57,973 nt of DNA, filler included, from Sphacelaria rigidula (GCA_964200075.2; 7 parts of 7 records of this genome joined end to end with filler, not necessarily neighbours in it), one strand, 5' to 3'; positions 1 to 14,697 are shown, numbered from the whole stretch's first letter. Numbers and translations are program-made. Notes: generated from the sequence alone by a model not told the origin.

Positions 1-351
1 CGAAAAGACCCTCCCCACGCCGTACCGATAAGACCGGTCATGGCCTTCGTCGGAGGACGGGGAACGGAGGACTATATCACATACGGCATACCTATTCGAA
101 AAAACATGCGGCTGCTCAGTACATACATACACACGTACAGCTCAAAGTTGAGAATGGGGTAGTTGCTCTGCAAAATGTGGGTGGATACCTTCAGCACACG
201 ACGACGATTGACCTTCTGAAGGACGCTCCCGGCACATATGTCATGATTGTGAGTGGAAATGATCCCCTAGGGTGGCTGCGATAGCCAGAATGCTGGAAAC
301 CAAAAACAATTCCCACCGCTTTCCCCTACTCCTTGACACAAGGGCTGGCAT

Positions 352-550
352 ATTGATTGATTAATTGATTGATTGATTGTCGCACTTGAACTAACCCCCC
401 ATGGATCCAGCTGTGGTCACATGATGATGGACGTACCCGAGACAAAACACTACTGAAACACTCGCTCCAGAGAAGAAATAAAAAACTGAAGAGGTATAAC
501 GGAATATAAAATGTGAAAATAATGACGAAGGGAAAAAAAAAAATGGAGGG
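352..550 (-). mobile_element. RTE-like LINE 3' end with (CAAT)n tail
   Basis: Reverse complement of the 56540-56614 terminus; related ends at 7360-7570 (-), 15615-15690 (-) and 32220-32455 (+). Confidence 0.8.
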
Positions 551-3500
551 TTCTGGCTCGAAGGAGCATGTCGCCAATGGATCAGATACGAGAATTTCCG
601 GTTCGAAGGAGACTGCTGCTGATTGGTCAGGACCGCCCAACACAATCGGCGGTGCGCAGCCATGGGCGGCGGCGAATAAAGCCCCCCCACCCTGGTGAGA
701 GTAGTGAAAACATGGGGCAGGAGATATGTCCACACACCCTCACGAGCGTCTGAGATACCGCGTCTCGAGAAGGCCATCAAATCGTCATCGTGCGCAATCT
801 GACGCCACGGCGGTAAGGGGGGTTGTCAGGAGGGGGCCTATTCCACAACGGGAGGGTGTCGGTATCGTGTTGGAAAAAATTATACTTGCGCTGTTGATGC
901 ACAAAATATAATAATCACGCGTGCTCAATTTTCATCTTTTACGTAGCCGCGTCCGAGAGTCCAGTCCTTCAACGGTCAATTTGTCACGAGCTCCCATTTG
1001 GGAGGCAGAGGTGTTGTGATTCGAAGGACCTCGCCGTTGCGGTTCCGTTATCGGTAGTTGGTTATGTTTCGGTTGTGTGTGTATCAAAGTCTACACGCTA
1101 CCCAAGTCCTTGTAGGCGATTGTTTTCGTGGGGTGCAGCGGCCCTTCTGTTTCGTGAGGGGTTAGGTTAGTTGCCCCGTGCACAGATTCTTTACGCTGAA
1201 CGACACCCTCCGGATAAAACTCCCAGGTAATGAGGTCCCTGTTGTTCCCAGCTCCATGCCGTTCACGTACAGGCAGTAGCTGTACCGTGATCCGTCGTAT
1301 GCCACCTCCCTCTACGGTAACGGCACTATCAGGTGACGAGGTGTTGAGGCGGCGTTACAACCCGAGGAGGGTATACCTCATGCCATGAAAACTGCACATG
1401 CAACCCCCCATGGAGACTCGAAATTTCGGCCCTTCTTACTCGTCGGTCCAAAACCAAATGTCCGTAACTCAGTGGAGGGCTCTAGTGAGTTTAGGGCGAG
1501 GACGCCCACCCTCTTCTCGAAATGACCGTGTTCTGAGGATATGGGCAGTGTTCCCAGAGTATTACAGAAAAAAGCTCAATCTCCGATTCTTAAAGGGTTT
1601 TGACTCTTCATATGGCTGAGGAGATGACTTGAGTTCTGCAATCCCCTAACTGTATCTGCCGGTTGCGCCTCGACAGTTGACCCCGGCGGTCCTGGCCAAT
1701 CGGCTAAGGATATTTTCACACCCGAACTTCCGTTCCCTACCTTCTCGTATTTCCACGTTTGAAGGCAACTCTACTGTCCAGAACTACGAAGCTTCCCATC
1801 GTTCATAATCTTTACGTATCACAAGGCAAGAAACAAGAGGACTGATCCTCCCGAATCTGTGTTTTGGGTTTGGTAACCAACCTACGAGATGCACATTCGG
1901 GAAAATTGTCTCCCCTTAATTTTTCACCTGTATTCGCAAAGATTCCGAGGGTCGGGCGAATTCATGATTGACTCATCTGGAAACCACTTGATTTTAGTAT
2001 AGTATATTCGTACCGTACGAATCACCCCTCAAGCTTTGTTTTCAGCGTTGCAACCCAGGTACGCGCAGCCCAGGCACGTAAAATGGCGCAAAAATTGCGT
2101 GGAAACCTTTTCTGACCAGCGGTCAACGTTTTTTTCTCTCTTTCGAGCAATCAGGCCTAAAAAATCGTAGATTTGGTGATTTGAACCGGCGATGATTCGT
2201 CCGAACCCGTGAAACGTGATTCTCAAACAGAGGAGCTTCCTTAACTTTTGCTCACGCGTTCCTCGGTTCTGAAACACGTGCGTGACGGAAAAACGTGGAA
2301 AAAGATCGACAGGGAGAGAGAGAGAGAGAGAGAGATGGAGAAGGAGAGGGAGAGACAGACAGACAGGAAAATGGGAGGCTTCCGTTTATATTTGGATGAT
2401 TGGTGTATGCCGAGCGGTTCTATGGTAGGGGTGCACATTTTCTTACTGGGGCTCTGCAATGTCGGAGTGTTGGCATGACAAACATCTGGGGCTTAGTGTG
2501 CAGCCTCAGAACACGTTTGGACTCCGTAGGACCCCTCTACCGCCTGACCCAATATTTATTCAGCGCCGGGGCGAACACGACAGAAATATTTCTCGACAAG
2601 AGGTGGCGTACGTCTGTGTTGCCACTATCTGCGCAAGTATTCCGTTGAGGTGTGTGACTTCAGTCGGAGCTCCACCACACCGTGGTATGATATGTTCCCA
2701 GCAAAAAATGCCGATTGGTCTCTCCCGGGCAACCACACCTCGAACCGTAGCAAGCAAGACGTAAGACAAGCAAAGAATCGATACCATTCAGCCGTACAAC
2801 CACACCGGAGAGCGCCACGTACTTTGATTGGTCATTCTAGTACTTTCACTATTTCGCACTATGATATGCTGGCCTACACAGTACGATCTGCTCGCGGCGG
2901 CTAGGGATTAGCTTCGGCACAGATTGTTGACATATTTGAGTTATTGGCTCCTCCATCCCAGAACTTGGTGTGCGCGTCGATCGATGCTAATCACAAGGCG
3001 AGAACGACAACATACGCGAGAACGACGATACTTGTCTTAGCACTAGAATCGCCGTCATTTGAAAGTCATGGCCAGAACTAAATGCAACATGACGGGAGTT
3101 TTCAAGGCCTTGGGAGTGCACGTATCATCTTGGACTGATCACTCGAGATTTGAGAGCAAGAACCTGAAAAGTTTTGGGAGAGGGGGTCACATCGACTATT
3201 TGAAGGCCTGCTTTACCACTGTTTTCCCTCTTCCTTCGTTTTTTTTTCAGGTATGCATGGGCTGATCTTCACTAACGAACTTCAACCATGTGGACCCAAT
3301 TGCCAGAAAAATGCAGAAACTGAGAGAATGAAGGCCTTCGAAGGGTTGATTTTTACGTTTTTTTTTCTTCAATTTTTTACTTCCAACTCTCCGAACTTAC
3401 GCGACGAATCGCCGGAAGCACATTTCGATCTCCATCGCGGGGACCAGCCGGGACACATTTGGTCGACGAGTTTATCATGACGTTTGATGTTTTGCTCATG

Positions 3501-6486
3501 AGCAGTCCTCACCCTGTAGATATACGCCAATATGGTGCACTGACAGGCCAAAACAGCCGATTGGTCACCATGGACTGTATGCGATGCAGCAATGTCTCGC
3601 AGCGCACGAATGAAATGTGGTGCAGCGGGAGTGATCGATACATCCGTCGAACAGGTTCAGCGCAGGGAAAACACCCGGCTTCGCAGTCACCGTCTTTCGA
3701 GGGTCAGGATCTTCCTAGATCTCGACAACAAAGGTTGGGATCTTCCTAGATTTTCGACAAGAGGAATCAGGCATACTGTATACGTCCCGAACTAGAAATG
3801 GACGGAGTGTCTCACTTTCTACGTGGCTGAGGGGGGACACCTCGCGTACCGCAATCTCGCCATTGACTCGAAACCTGGAGACCATGACAAAGTGAAGCAT
3901 TTATTTTGTCATGCTCTGAAGCTCGAGCGTGGTGCAACCTTCCAAAGCGGGCCACCTGATCAAGTTCATGAGGCATGCGCCGTGCCGTACAGCAGGTTAA
4001 AAATGAATGCCTGTCCGGTCTCACTTGCTTGAAATGTCCGTGCCGTAGGTGGTCCATCGAAAACAGCCTTTCCGAGAGAGAAGAGGTCGGTCCCGAAAAG
4101 GACCCTCGCTGGGGCCACCTGTGCCTCCAGCGGTAGTTCCAGACTTGGAATCACCTACTAGGTGCGGGCAGTTGGTGCATACATGCATAATAGCTAGCGC
4201 CGGAAGCAGCGTTAACTGACACAAAAGCGCCCCGCGAATATTCAGATATTGTTCGCTGATTAGAGGCACTTTGACTGTGAAAATATTTGTGTGTGTGTCC
4301 AAGCATCCGTCTTCGGTGCTGTATCCATCCCTGGTGTCAATCTGATGTCTTCATGGCAACCGGTATGACCCTGTGAACGGCGCCCTGCCGAGAGACTTTG
4401 CTGGACTCGAGGAATAATACGGCATGACGTTGACCTTGTCCTACGGCCTATATCGAGGTCATTCTTGATCAACTTTTTCTCTGAATGGGTTGTTCGGGGT
4501 TACCTGTATACTTCTCGTGTTCCCTAGATCGATCCTACCTATGTGCGCGCCTGTATCGCGACAGGGATCCTCGTGTGAACAACACCTTGCAGAGGTTTTA
4601 CTGGGATGAGCACGGTCGGCGATATCGACGGCGCGACGACTCCTCGGAACAAGTAGATTTGGCCATGAACACCGTTCGGTAAGGCATTGTTCCTGCGCGG
4701 ATTTTGGGCACGTGTCCTTCTTAACCCGTGGCAAAATCATTGCCCTCACCCCCCCCCATGTAGCTTTCGTAATCTGTCGACCCCCCTCCTCCCTGTGCAG
4801 GGTTGTCAAATACGCCACTCACTGCGTATGCTAGGCAACCAGGTTACCGATTTTGTTTATCAGCTCGCGTTTTTTTCTGCGGTAAACATGTTGACGGTGA
4901 AGTTAGATTATGTTATGCGAGGTGGATAACATAAACCCCGCCTGAAGGGGATGGTCGTACTACGCATAAGTGTTGAAACGGTGAGGCACCCATGAGGAAG
5001 TGTAACCCGTGGCTGTCTCTGGAAAGTGGTGATACCAGAAAATGAAGCAACTGATTGAAGTCTGTCGTCCATATGCAAGATAACCAGTATGCTCCGGGCC
5101 GAACAGTCTCAGTAGGATGCAGGTCATCCCCTCATGCAACTCGCCGAGCCCATCACGGCGCCTCGTGCTTGGTGATTGATTCCGGGCCTGGTCCGAGAAA
5201 AAAACGGAGTGCTCCGTCTCGGCTTTGAAGGGATTCGAGGTCAACGGTTTCATGATAACAGCGTGCCAGATCACGAGTATACCCCCTCCCTTACCCTCCC
5301 CCCCCGTCCCCCAGCCAGGCGTTTTGTTTTGCCTCGTGACCCATCCGATTTTCTGCATCGCCCGGTTGCACCACCTTGTCAGAGAGGACCCAGGTTTCGA
5401 AGCTTACCTGATACACTGCTGTTGCGCATCGTCCATCCGTGAGTACTTGCACGTAGCTGCTTGTCTTACTTTGGATACCACCCGTATCGTTCAACGTCCC
5501 TGAATCCTACACTCGTCGCTTTCGCTTACTGACCACTTACTTTTGTTCCCACGTATGTTACCGCGACTTCGGCAACATCACCAGCAATGTCGCTGCGACG
5601 TGTCTCGAGGAAGGGGTCGACTTTCGAATGCCGTTTCAAGCGCTGGATGCGGACGGTAGGCACTCGTCCGCAGCAGCATATCCCATGCACCCCGGACAAT
5701 AGATTGCATTGCCAGAAAGTGTGCTGCGTACAGCATCGATTTTGTTGTGTAATTCAGCTGATTTCGATCGCCGTGCATGCAGCTCTGACAGAAGCATCGT
5801 TGTGGGCTCCTGCCTCATTGCCGCATTGAGGTTACGACCCCAACATCAGTGACGCGAAGAAGCGAAGTAGTCTGTCTAGGGCTAATCGGCACACTCAGGA
5901 CTCCCGCGAGAAGTGCCGTCGAGGAACTGTTGTAGCATTGCGCTACAACTTACTTCCTGTTTTTGCCGGTGTCGTGACAGATAAAGGTTTGGCCACACAT
6001 ATACGTTTCAGATCGCCCTGTTCATCTCACGCCTTGTCTCTCGTAACAGCTCGATCTCCTCCAAATTCACCTGTCAGGTGACGGTCGTCTCACGCTGCCC
6101 GAACTTGGGGCCGCCTTACGGAGGGCCGGTGCGCCGCTCGCGCTTTCTCAGGTTACCGCGTTGTTTCGGTACTTTGATCCCGCCGAGCTGGGTACCATTT
6201 CCCGGAGGTATATACATCTTATGTGTGTGTATAAAAATACTGGTACCTGCGATAATACTATAGAAGATGCAAAATTATACATTTACGCTCGAAGCAAAGA
6301 TTTTAAGCATGTTCGATGAGTAATATATTGTCTTCCTCTTGTTCAAAAAATATTAACCATTTCCCATCCCAACAAACATTAGCATTCCATCCTCAAACAA
6401 ACATTAATTGATCATTATTTTCCAGTATTATTTACATTGTGGTGGCACTGCAAGAAAAATGTGGCAACGCCACTCAGTGAATCTAC

Positions 6487-6767
6487 GAGCAATGCTACGG
6501 TACGGCTTGCACTTTTTGTTCCTGGGTCTCTTTTTTGTAGGAGCCCAAAAATATGGAGCTTACTGTGCAACCCAAATATCCGGGGACCGGACTTCCAGAA
6601 ACATGGTGTTTGCACGCAGGGGCCTTTTTTTCGAGGATCGGCATCATTAATTTCAGTATTTTTCAAGTAAAAATGATGCCGATTCTCGAAATGATCCGCT
6701 CAACACCCCGGGCAGCCCCGACAAACGTTTTCGCCGAAAAACTGCGACCCCTACCGTAGCATTGCTC
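6487..6767. mobile_element. MITE with GAGCAATGCTACGGTA TIRs
   Basis: 16-bp perfect TIR; related ends at 16424-16494 and 33190-33260, both cut by gaps. Confidence 0.8.
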
Positions 6768-8197
6768 CTATCGGAGTAACAATTCGGGTTCAGTGATTTA
6801 AGAACAGTCAATAACGCGCACGCTTCATCAAAATAACGAAAAAAAAGTGAGTATGAGAAAAGTTCAGGCCACAAACGCGAAATACTCAAGAAAATTGGCG
6901 CTGAGGCTACGAAGATATACTCTTGGGTTCTACAACGAGACACTTGGCCAAATTCCCACACGGACCGACATGACTTGAATTATAGCCTGCTTGAGGCCGG
7001 AACTTCGCCTCTAATGAAAGGGCGACTGCTGCAATTCGTTTTGTCGTCGCACTTACTACCCTTTCCCTTCCTTCGGCCGCGTCCGTGGTGTCTGGGGATC
7101 AGCCCATGTCTCCCCTGGTGCATGCCTCATTACATTTTGGAATCGCGGATTGGATCGGCGTTCCCGTACCGCGTCGACGCTCGCTCAACAAAACATGCGT
7201 TGCTCATCGCATCCTCGTGTTTTCAAAGGAGGGAAATCATGTATTTCCAAGAAAAAAAAAATCCGAATGCATCTGCCAGAATTCGAACTCGCATTCGTCC
7301 GGCCTAGCTGGTTTTAGTTGTACCATTTTAATTCAGGCCAGCGGGCGGCGTCGTCAGTTTGATTGACTGATTCAATTATTGATCGATTTTCGCACTCTAA
7401 CTGATGCAGATCTCCCACGAGTCATGATCCAGTCGTGGTCATTATCCACATGATGTAATAGACGCACCGTACAAGGCAAAAACAAGTCTGAAACAGTCGC
7501 TGAAGAAAAGGAAAAAACAAGGAAATGAAACAGAAAAAGGTAGAATGAACAGAGTAGACTAAGACAAGAATCAGTGTATCCGTTAAAATGTATACAGTAT
7601 CTAGGATGCCGCCTTTCACCACACACGGAGTCGTGAACACGAGAGTAATAATACAGAGATACGCTTAAATTGTGTCATTAGGGGGTCAGTCAGACGCTTC
7701 CGGCGCTTGCAGAAAGGGCTCGACGCGCTTATTCCGAATGGCCCCAGCCGTCGATTCCATGCTGTTCCGTTCGCTGTAAAAAAAACCACAGTGATTTTCT
7801 GTGGGAATTTGTCGACAAGGACCATCTGCTGGACCAGTGGTGCAATGCTCGTGGCGAACGAGGGGTAGATTGGACGCGTCTAGCCCCGTTTCGTGAGCGG
7901 GTGAGAGCTCAAGGAAGATAAATGATGACCTACGACCGATATCCGGTACTTGAAGATTCTGAAGCGGCATTTCCGGTTTTTGAAACAGACGCAAAACAGA
8001 ATGATTTTCGAGTCACTCAAGTCGGATATTTGAATGGGTCCCATGTTCTCCGATGATGAACGAACGCTTCTGATACTGTGCGTTACCTAACTCGCCCTCG
8101 GGGCGATTACAAAATAGCGACCACATAACAGCCGATTTTATATTTTGGGGTTCAAACAAAATATGGGGCTGAAGTGGCATATCTGTCTTGCACGAAA

Positions 8198-8297
8198 NNN
8201 NNNNNNNNNNNNNNNNNNNNNNNNNNNNNNNNNNNNNNNNNTTAATTAATTAANNNNNNNNNNNNNNNNNNNNNNNNNNNNNNNNNNNNNNNNNNNN
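8198..8297. other. Scaffold gap with artificial TTAATTAATTAA linker
   Basis: Identical N-run/linker/N-run at 16495-16594, 24792-24891, 33088-33187, 41384-41483 and 49679-49778. Confidence 0.97.
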
Positions 8298-8589
8298 GGT
8301 CAACTTTTTTCTCCCTTTTGGGCAATCAGGCCGGAGAAATCGTGGATTTGGTGATTCGAACCCTAGCCGTGAATAAAATACTGCCCACAGGGGATGCATT
8401 TATTGCATCACGCAAGCATCGAAGAGCGCAAAAGTGACGTTGCATGCACTACATATAAATATTCGAAAGAGACATCGATTGTCGGTGACTTCGGGTAACG
8501 CGGGAACGCAACCGCCTGTGCTAACGGGGCATTCCAGGAAGACACTTTTCTTTAACGTGCATGTAATATCGCCATGACGAAGAAAAATA

Positions 8590-9117
8590 CTTCATCTGTC
8601 CCATAAGTAAAGGTACCTGAATTTGTACGGGCCCTCAACGATGTTTGACTTGTTTTTATTTTGCCTCTACGGTTTTGTTTAGGTAAGAAAATGTGTTTGT
8701 TTCAAAGTTGCAGCTGGTGCTTGAACCATGCCACTGAATGGCTGCAAAAAAAGTAGTCGGCCCAAAAATGGTCGTTTTTGCCCCTTTCCGAGGGGGAAAC
8801 AAGTGTCGATTTTTCTTCTTTCATTTTTTTAATCGCGTGGGACTTCCTGGCAGCAAGCCCCAGTGAAGGCAGGGGCGACTAAAAAATTTGAAAAAAAAAT
8901 CGGCACTTTTTTTCCCCTCGCAAAGGGGGCAAAAAACGGCCATTTTTGGGCCGACTATTTTTTTGCAGCCATTCGGCGGCATGGTTCAAGCACGAGCTGC
9001 AAATTTCAAACACTTTTCTTCACCTAAAAAACACCGTAGAGTTCATAAAAAAAAACGATCGAACATCGTTAAGGGCCCGTACAAATTTAGGTAACTTTAC
9101 TTATGGGATAGAGGAAG
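8590..9117. mobile_element. Foldback MITE of the same TIR family
   Basis: TA-flanked CTTCATCTGTCCCATAAGTAAAG ... CTTTACTTATGGGATAGAGGAAG; arms ~8590-8836 and ~8875-9117 are imperfect inverted repeats. Confidence 0.9.
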
Positions 9118-9289
9118 TACATGAACAAAGCATTGTCCGCCGTGTGTAGGACGCATGCACCTGTATTGCGAAGACTGAAGCTAATGTTACACGAACTAGG
9201 AAACAGACTCTGCAAACCGTGGGGTACGACTAATGGCAAAGCCTCATAACATGATGTCACAGGATGCAAAAAGAAGGTATCACGACTAC

Positions 9290-9385
9290 CTTGAAGTAGT
9301 ATGTCTCGGCCGGGCAGCGCCCCAGGTGCAACCGGAGACTCTGCTGCACCCCACGAGACACGCCGATGTACTGCAATGTCTTGGA
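9290..9385 (-). CDS. GIY-YIG gene exon (SKTLQYIGVSRGVQQSLRLHLGRCPAETYYFK)
   Basis: Acceptor TTGTGTGCTTCGTAG|, donor AAG|GTAGTC, 96 nt, phase 0-0. Joins the previous exon to give AIY-x7-YIG followed by SR..SL..HL. Not in the ORF track in this frame. Confidence 0.85.
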
Positions 9386-10713
9386 CTACGAAGCACACAA
9401 TGCAGAGGTATAGGGACAGACGACGAACAAAAGAGGCAAAGTAAACTTCATTGCTCGACCATGACTAGTTAACAAACGCCAATAGCCCCGCGCATACTGC
9501 TTACTCGAGATTAGTGCTCCTCGAAGGACTATGCCTAGCGCATAGTCTTGGTCGTGAGGAGATCCGGCATCTAGAGGGTTGAAATTAGCTACAACGAGAT
9601 CCTCGTTGCTTAACCCCCCCAACACAATGATACAGAAAGCAAAGTTGACGAGAGCTTTCATTGCTTTACACCAACTCTATTGTTGACCGAAAACTCCTGT
9701 GTGATGATGAGGACGGCGACATGCTCTACCCAAGGCAGTAAATGTTGACTGCCATCGACACCCAATCGAACGTTAGGCGATTGCCACAGCAGTACTGAAC
9801 ACTCAAGACCACCAGCGCACTCTGCTCGAGAGAGGTCAAGCGTCAAATACGGTCCTTAGCGGTCCGTTTTCTCTAGTGCTTTGGCACCCTGGTGTGTGGA
9901 GTTCGCAGAGCTACATTGCGAGCAAGTGCAACAAGCCAGACCAACGAAAAAAAATGAAAAATAGGCAATATTCATACTAAAAACGTCTCGGTGTCATTAT
10001 TCGAGGAGCGGACAAAACGAATACAGCCACAGTAACAAGACCGAACCCACGGTGAAAAAACGGAAGCTGTCGCTCAAGAAAACTGGAGAAAGGGGAACGA
10101 TGAAGAACAGAGAGACAAAACAAAGTAAGTCCCTCAGACGCCGAAGAAAGTGAGGTAGGAGCGAGAGATCGGAGTGCAACAATGAGGTAATCTGCATGTC
10201 CTGTGCGCGTGAACTACTGTAGAGACTCGTCGACCGGCCAAACCATTGATGCCTCGTCGAAAGTCAATCATACGATATTCAAGCGCTCCACACGACACAA
10301 TCTGAGACTTGTGCGAATACTCGACGCCCTGGACAGAAGATTACATCGGCAAAAAGTGTACTGCGTACAGTATCGACTATTGCGCCCGTTGTCCGGGGTG
10401 TGGAAAATCTCATAACGATAGCGACACGCGATAACTCAAGCTGCACGCGTCGGAAACGAAGCACCGGATGCTAATGAGATTGAGGCACTGTGAGCAAATT
10501 AGGGTATACTTCATCAAAGATAATTCGCCACGCTCGCTCTCCTGTTTTCGGTGTTTGTGGTTGTTTTACCTTGCGAGACCGCTCTAAAGAGCATTTTCAC
10601 CCTTTTTTTTTGGGGGGGGGAGGGGTGCGCGATCAAGAAATCAAGAGCACGCTGGACGATGGGAGCACGCACCTTCATGGAGACTAACTACCCTACTGAA
10701 GGGTAAAACCTTT

Positions 10714-10941
10714 CAAGGGTCGGACAAATCAAAGACTTGTCTGGAAATTACCTGGTTTGAGTATAATTGATTCGAATCGCACGAATCAATCCCTAGGCTT
10801 TGTTTTCAGCGTTGCAACCCAGGTAAACGCAAAATGGCGCAAAAGTGGCGTGAATACCCCTTGGACCAGCGGTCAACTTTTTTCTCCCTTTTGGCAATCA
10901 GGCCGAAGAAATCGTGGATTTGATGATTCGTCCTAGCCGTG
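10714..10941 (+). mobile_element. ~240-bp hAT-like MITE, 44 nt from a GIY-YIG exon donor
   Basis: Shares GCTTTGTTTTCAGCGTTGCAACCCAGG and GACCAGCGGTCAAC blocks with 1948-2211. Confidence 0.8.
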
Positions 10942-10985
10942 ACACTTTCACGCACGCTGTCGTTTAATAACGAGCCTTTTTTCAC

Positions 10986-11144
10986 CTCATCGTAAATGGC
11001 GTATGCGCTAGCCTTGGCGCCTTTGGTATCCACGGTGGTGATCATCCCGGTCTCTTCATTGATGTAAGGCAGTAACTCCAAGTCCGCGAGTGGCGTTACC
11101 GCGGCTTCTCCCCTTGCCGCCGCCTGCTTTGTTTGCTCCATGAT
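10986..11144 (-). CDS. GIY-YIG gene exon (IMEQ...PLADLELLPYINEETG...ASAYAIYDE)
   Basis: Acceptor TTTGCGACAACAG|, donor GAG|GTGAAA, 159 nt, phase 0-0. LxxLxxxPYI..YAIYD resembles the N-terminus of cyanobacterial/AtGrxS16-like GIY-YIG proteins (from memory). Confidence 0.8.
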
Positions 11145-14100
11145 CTGTTGTCGCAAAGGGCAGAAACAGCGAAATAAGCGTGGGGGATCGATCATGAGAA
11201 GCGATAACACGATAGGTGAAATAACCACATGCGTGCGTTGTGGGACGCCGTTGATGGAACAAGGACACCTATTGGAGGAAGGGAATGCTATTGAGGGAGT
11301 CGGACGGTTGGTTTCACGTAGCCTTGCGTTTTATTTTTCAAAAGCGGGAACCACGACAAGATTTATATTGGATGCGCCGATACCAGCGGCTAGAACGACC
11401 ACAATTGTGTTGCGATGGTGAAGGTGAGGCAACATGCATTGGACAACATAAATATCGCGCGCACGATATTCTCCTTCCCACCGAAAACATCTCCGCCAGC
11501 GCGCAAGCGCCACAAACTACCCGATGCGAGAGCACCCTGCCCCCCTGTTGCCTTTCGCAGGCGAGACGCTCCTCCAATGTGGAAAAAGGTCTTCGCCCTA
11601 CAAGAGCAGGACATATCCGCCTACGATAACCATCGTCCGTCACCGTCACCGATTACTTCCCCGTGTATTTCTTCCTCGATGCGAGACAGTATATCTTCGC
11701 TCACCAATGCTCTGTCGATCTCACCTGTCTGTGTTTTGATCTGTACGCTTTCCCTTTGTGTCCCACGTATCTCACCTTTGCCTTTCGTTTGGCCTCGTAC
11801 TCCTCCTGCACCCTAGCCAGCTCGGCTTTCACGTACCTTGGAGTAGAACGCATACGCGACACACGACACAGCAAATGGAATCCTCAACGAAGACTCCCGT
11901 GACAGAGGCACACAGCAGCAAAACACGTGCGACACCAAACAATACACGCACGTCTCTTCACGACTCGAGAGTCTCACTTTCCGTGACAGTGACGGAGCAG
12001 AAGCACTGCCCATACTGCAGTTTGTGACACAGATTAGCATCCAATAGCCATAGGCCACTTATGGTGTAAACAAAGGCTTCCTTCGCAATCAATAATGTTG
12101 ATACCTGAAGTCGCCCAGACCATTATACGAAAGGTATGACTCTATGGCACGGCATCCGGCTTGTTGATTTTGCTGTGCGGAACAGAATGCTGGAGGCGAA
12201 CACTCGACAACCAAGTAAGTGCCAAGGTCATGCACCAACAGAGAAAGAAAACTCGAGACAAAAAAAAGTTGAAATTGAAATTAGTTTCTGCAATCGGTTA
12301 ACGACGGAAAGGCCACGCCAACAACGTGGGTAGATTCCAAATTTCGATGATCGGAAGTTACCAGAGACTTGAAGTCTGAATAAACGAATCGATATCAAAC
12401 AGAACAACGACTAGAGAGGCAGAATACCAACAACAGGTGGAATGCATGCACTACTGCCGTAGACAATAATGGGAGTTGCACTGCTCCCGACAAAGCAATG
12501 CGTAGGTCACCCTTGATCAGCTGAGCGTGATGAACTTGATTCGGGTTGAACTATTCCAAACTAAACGAAAATTGATGTTTCATGTTTACACCCGAGAATT
12601 CGGAAGGCTGTCGAGATGATCAAACTAAAAGCCTTTACAATGCCCAACGATATGCACATGTCTGAAGTTCACGCCTTAACTGAGTAGATCTTCCTCGCAC
12701 AGAGTCTGTCGTATATCCGCTGGGTGGGGACCACAGCCGAAACTTATGCACGATCTTTATAAGTGGGGTCCATCTACGGCAGCCGTTATTAATACTCATG
12801 TGTGTTACATCGTCCAAATCTTGCTGGCCCAGCGGCTGCTCACGTCTTGCCTCTGCTGCTGATTTTTCGTCAGGACGCCATGTCGTCGAATTCAGAAAAT
12901 GAATTCAATTTCGACGATAATCTCTCCATGACTCCCCGTCACAACACGACCTGAAGTCGCTGAATTAAGTTACCCGGATGATATTTGGGCACCAAGTGCG
13001 CTAGCAGTGGATGCTACAGACGCGAGTTCACTCGAGCTGTGGGCGCATTTTGGTCAATGAATTCGTCGATTCTCGCGTCTCATGATTGCCTTCGCTTCGG
13101 TGTGCATTGTACCCCGGATGACCGCGAGTTCCACAACACCAGTAAACAGTACACTTATCAATTGTAGGTGGAGAGCATAGCCGAACGCCGTCCGCAGAAA
13201 GCTGACCGAACAAGCTGCACAAATTTGAACCATCTAAGGAATAGGAATTGCTCGAATCTCGACAAAACAGCACCACTACTACTGCCGGATGGTACGAGTA
13301 CGGACTAGTCTCGATGAGGGACTGGTCGTAAATATTCAACGACTACAATTGAAGCCCTGTGGCCTGCACGAAATTCTCAAGCCTTCCACGGTACGAACCT
13401 GTACAGGTTCGCAGTAGACAATGCGAGTGTCACAGATCGACGTACGCAGCAAAATACTACACCCTGGACAATGACAGAATATTACACCGGCAAAAAGTGC
13501 ACTGCGTACAGCGTTGAATTTACTGTTTATAGTAGTAGACAATAGATTCGATACTGCGCGCAGTACACTTTTTGCCAATGTTGTCCGTTGTCCACGGCGT
13601 GCAAAATACTCGACCGCATTTTGGAGCAACAAAAAACTAGCTTTCGGAATTCCACTTGTTCCGCAAACGAGCATGCAATGCGAGGCTCTGTGGGCTGACC
13701 CGACTACTGAGGGTCACAAGTGTCTACTGCGACTTCTCACTCGAGATTTGGGAGGACCTGAAATTTTGAGTTGAGATGCGCACCGACCAATTGAATATCC
13801 TCATTCCTCATGCCCTTTCTTATTTCCTCTTTTCTTTCGAGTTAGGCAAATTTGACTCAAGTCCCCCAAAAAAAAGGAACCCATCTTGGGAACTTGAAAA
13901 CAAAATCACCGACAACAGCCTTCAAATGGTCGATGCGCTCCTCTCCCCAAAAGTTCGGCTTCTGACTCTCTTACCTCGAGTGAGGCATCAGATATACGTA
14001 CATTCCCATGGACTCAGCAATCCTTTACACATGTCATGGTGTGATGGCCACCTCTGAATGACACGACCTGCCTACTGATAACCCGGGCAGCAACCCTGGG

Positions 14101-14697
14101 ATCGTCGTCCTCCAAACTCCTGTCCGAGCCATGGTCATACTCCTCACCCTAAACGATCCGTCACGCGCCCACCGAGCTCGGTCCTCACCTTGTTCCAAAC
14201 TCCACCTGTGAGGCTTACTCAGTCCAACTTCACGTCGCGTTCCCACACGCCCCGCCCCCCCTACACCGAAGGAGAAGCTACAACCCAAATACACCCTCCG
14301 TCTCCAGTTAAAGTCACACCCACCGTCCACGGGCCTAACTGATGTGGACGCATTCCCATCGTTTGTTCAGGGCATAAATCTCGAACGACGATGAGTCGCG
14401 TGGTACCGTTGTTTTCCCATTGCTGTCCGCAACGCGCTCACTATTTCTCGGGACAATCGAGCAAAAAATCGTTCAAATTTATTGTTGCATCGACCCGTCC
14501 CCTGATTGCCGCCACCAGCTCATGTTGGATATGCCGGCATCGTGCGAAATGATGAAAATATCGGAATGATCGATCAGACCGTGCAGGCCACTCCGGGCGG
14601 GCAACCTTTTTTGCGTTTTTGTTGCTGCTGCTCGGGCTATCCGCTTCAGAAGCACTCCTTGTTCTCCAGTTGTGGGACCAGTCTGTGTTGCTGTCAC

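Noticed and set aside
1450..4900. Possible DIRS tyrosine-recombinase/gag remnants
   Set aside because: Only vague motif resemblance with many stops; not supportable without a search.
6115..6212. Minus-strand IPPGNG as the next GIY-YIG exon
   Set aside because: Lacks the expected preceding helix, has no good acceptor, and diverges to a stop.
8242..8253. Recurrent TTAATTAATTAA motif
   Set aside because: Always centred in N-runs; it is an assembly linker.
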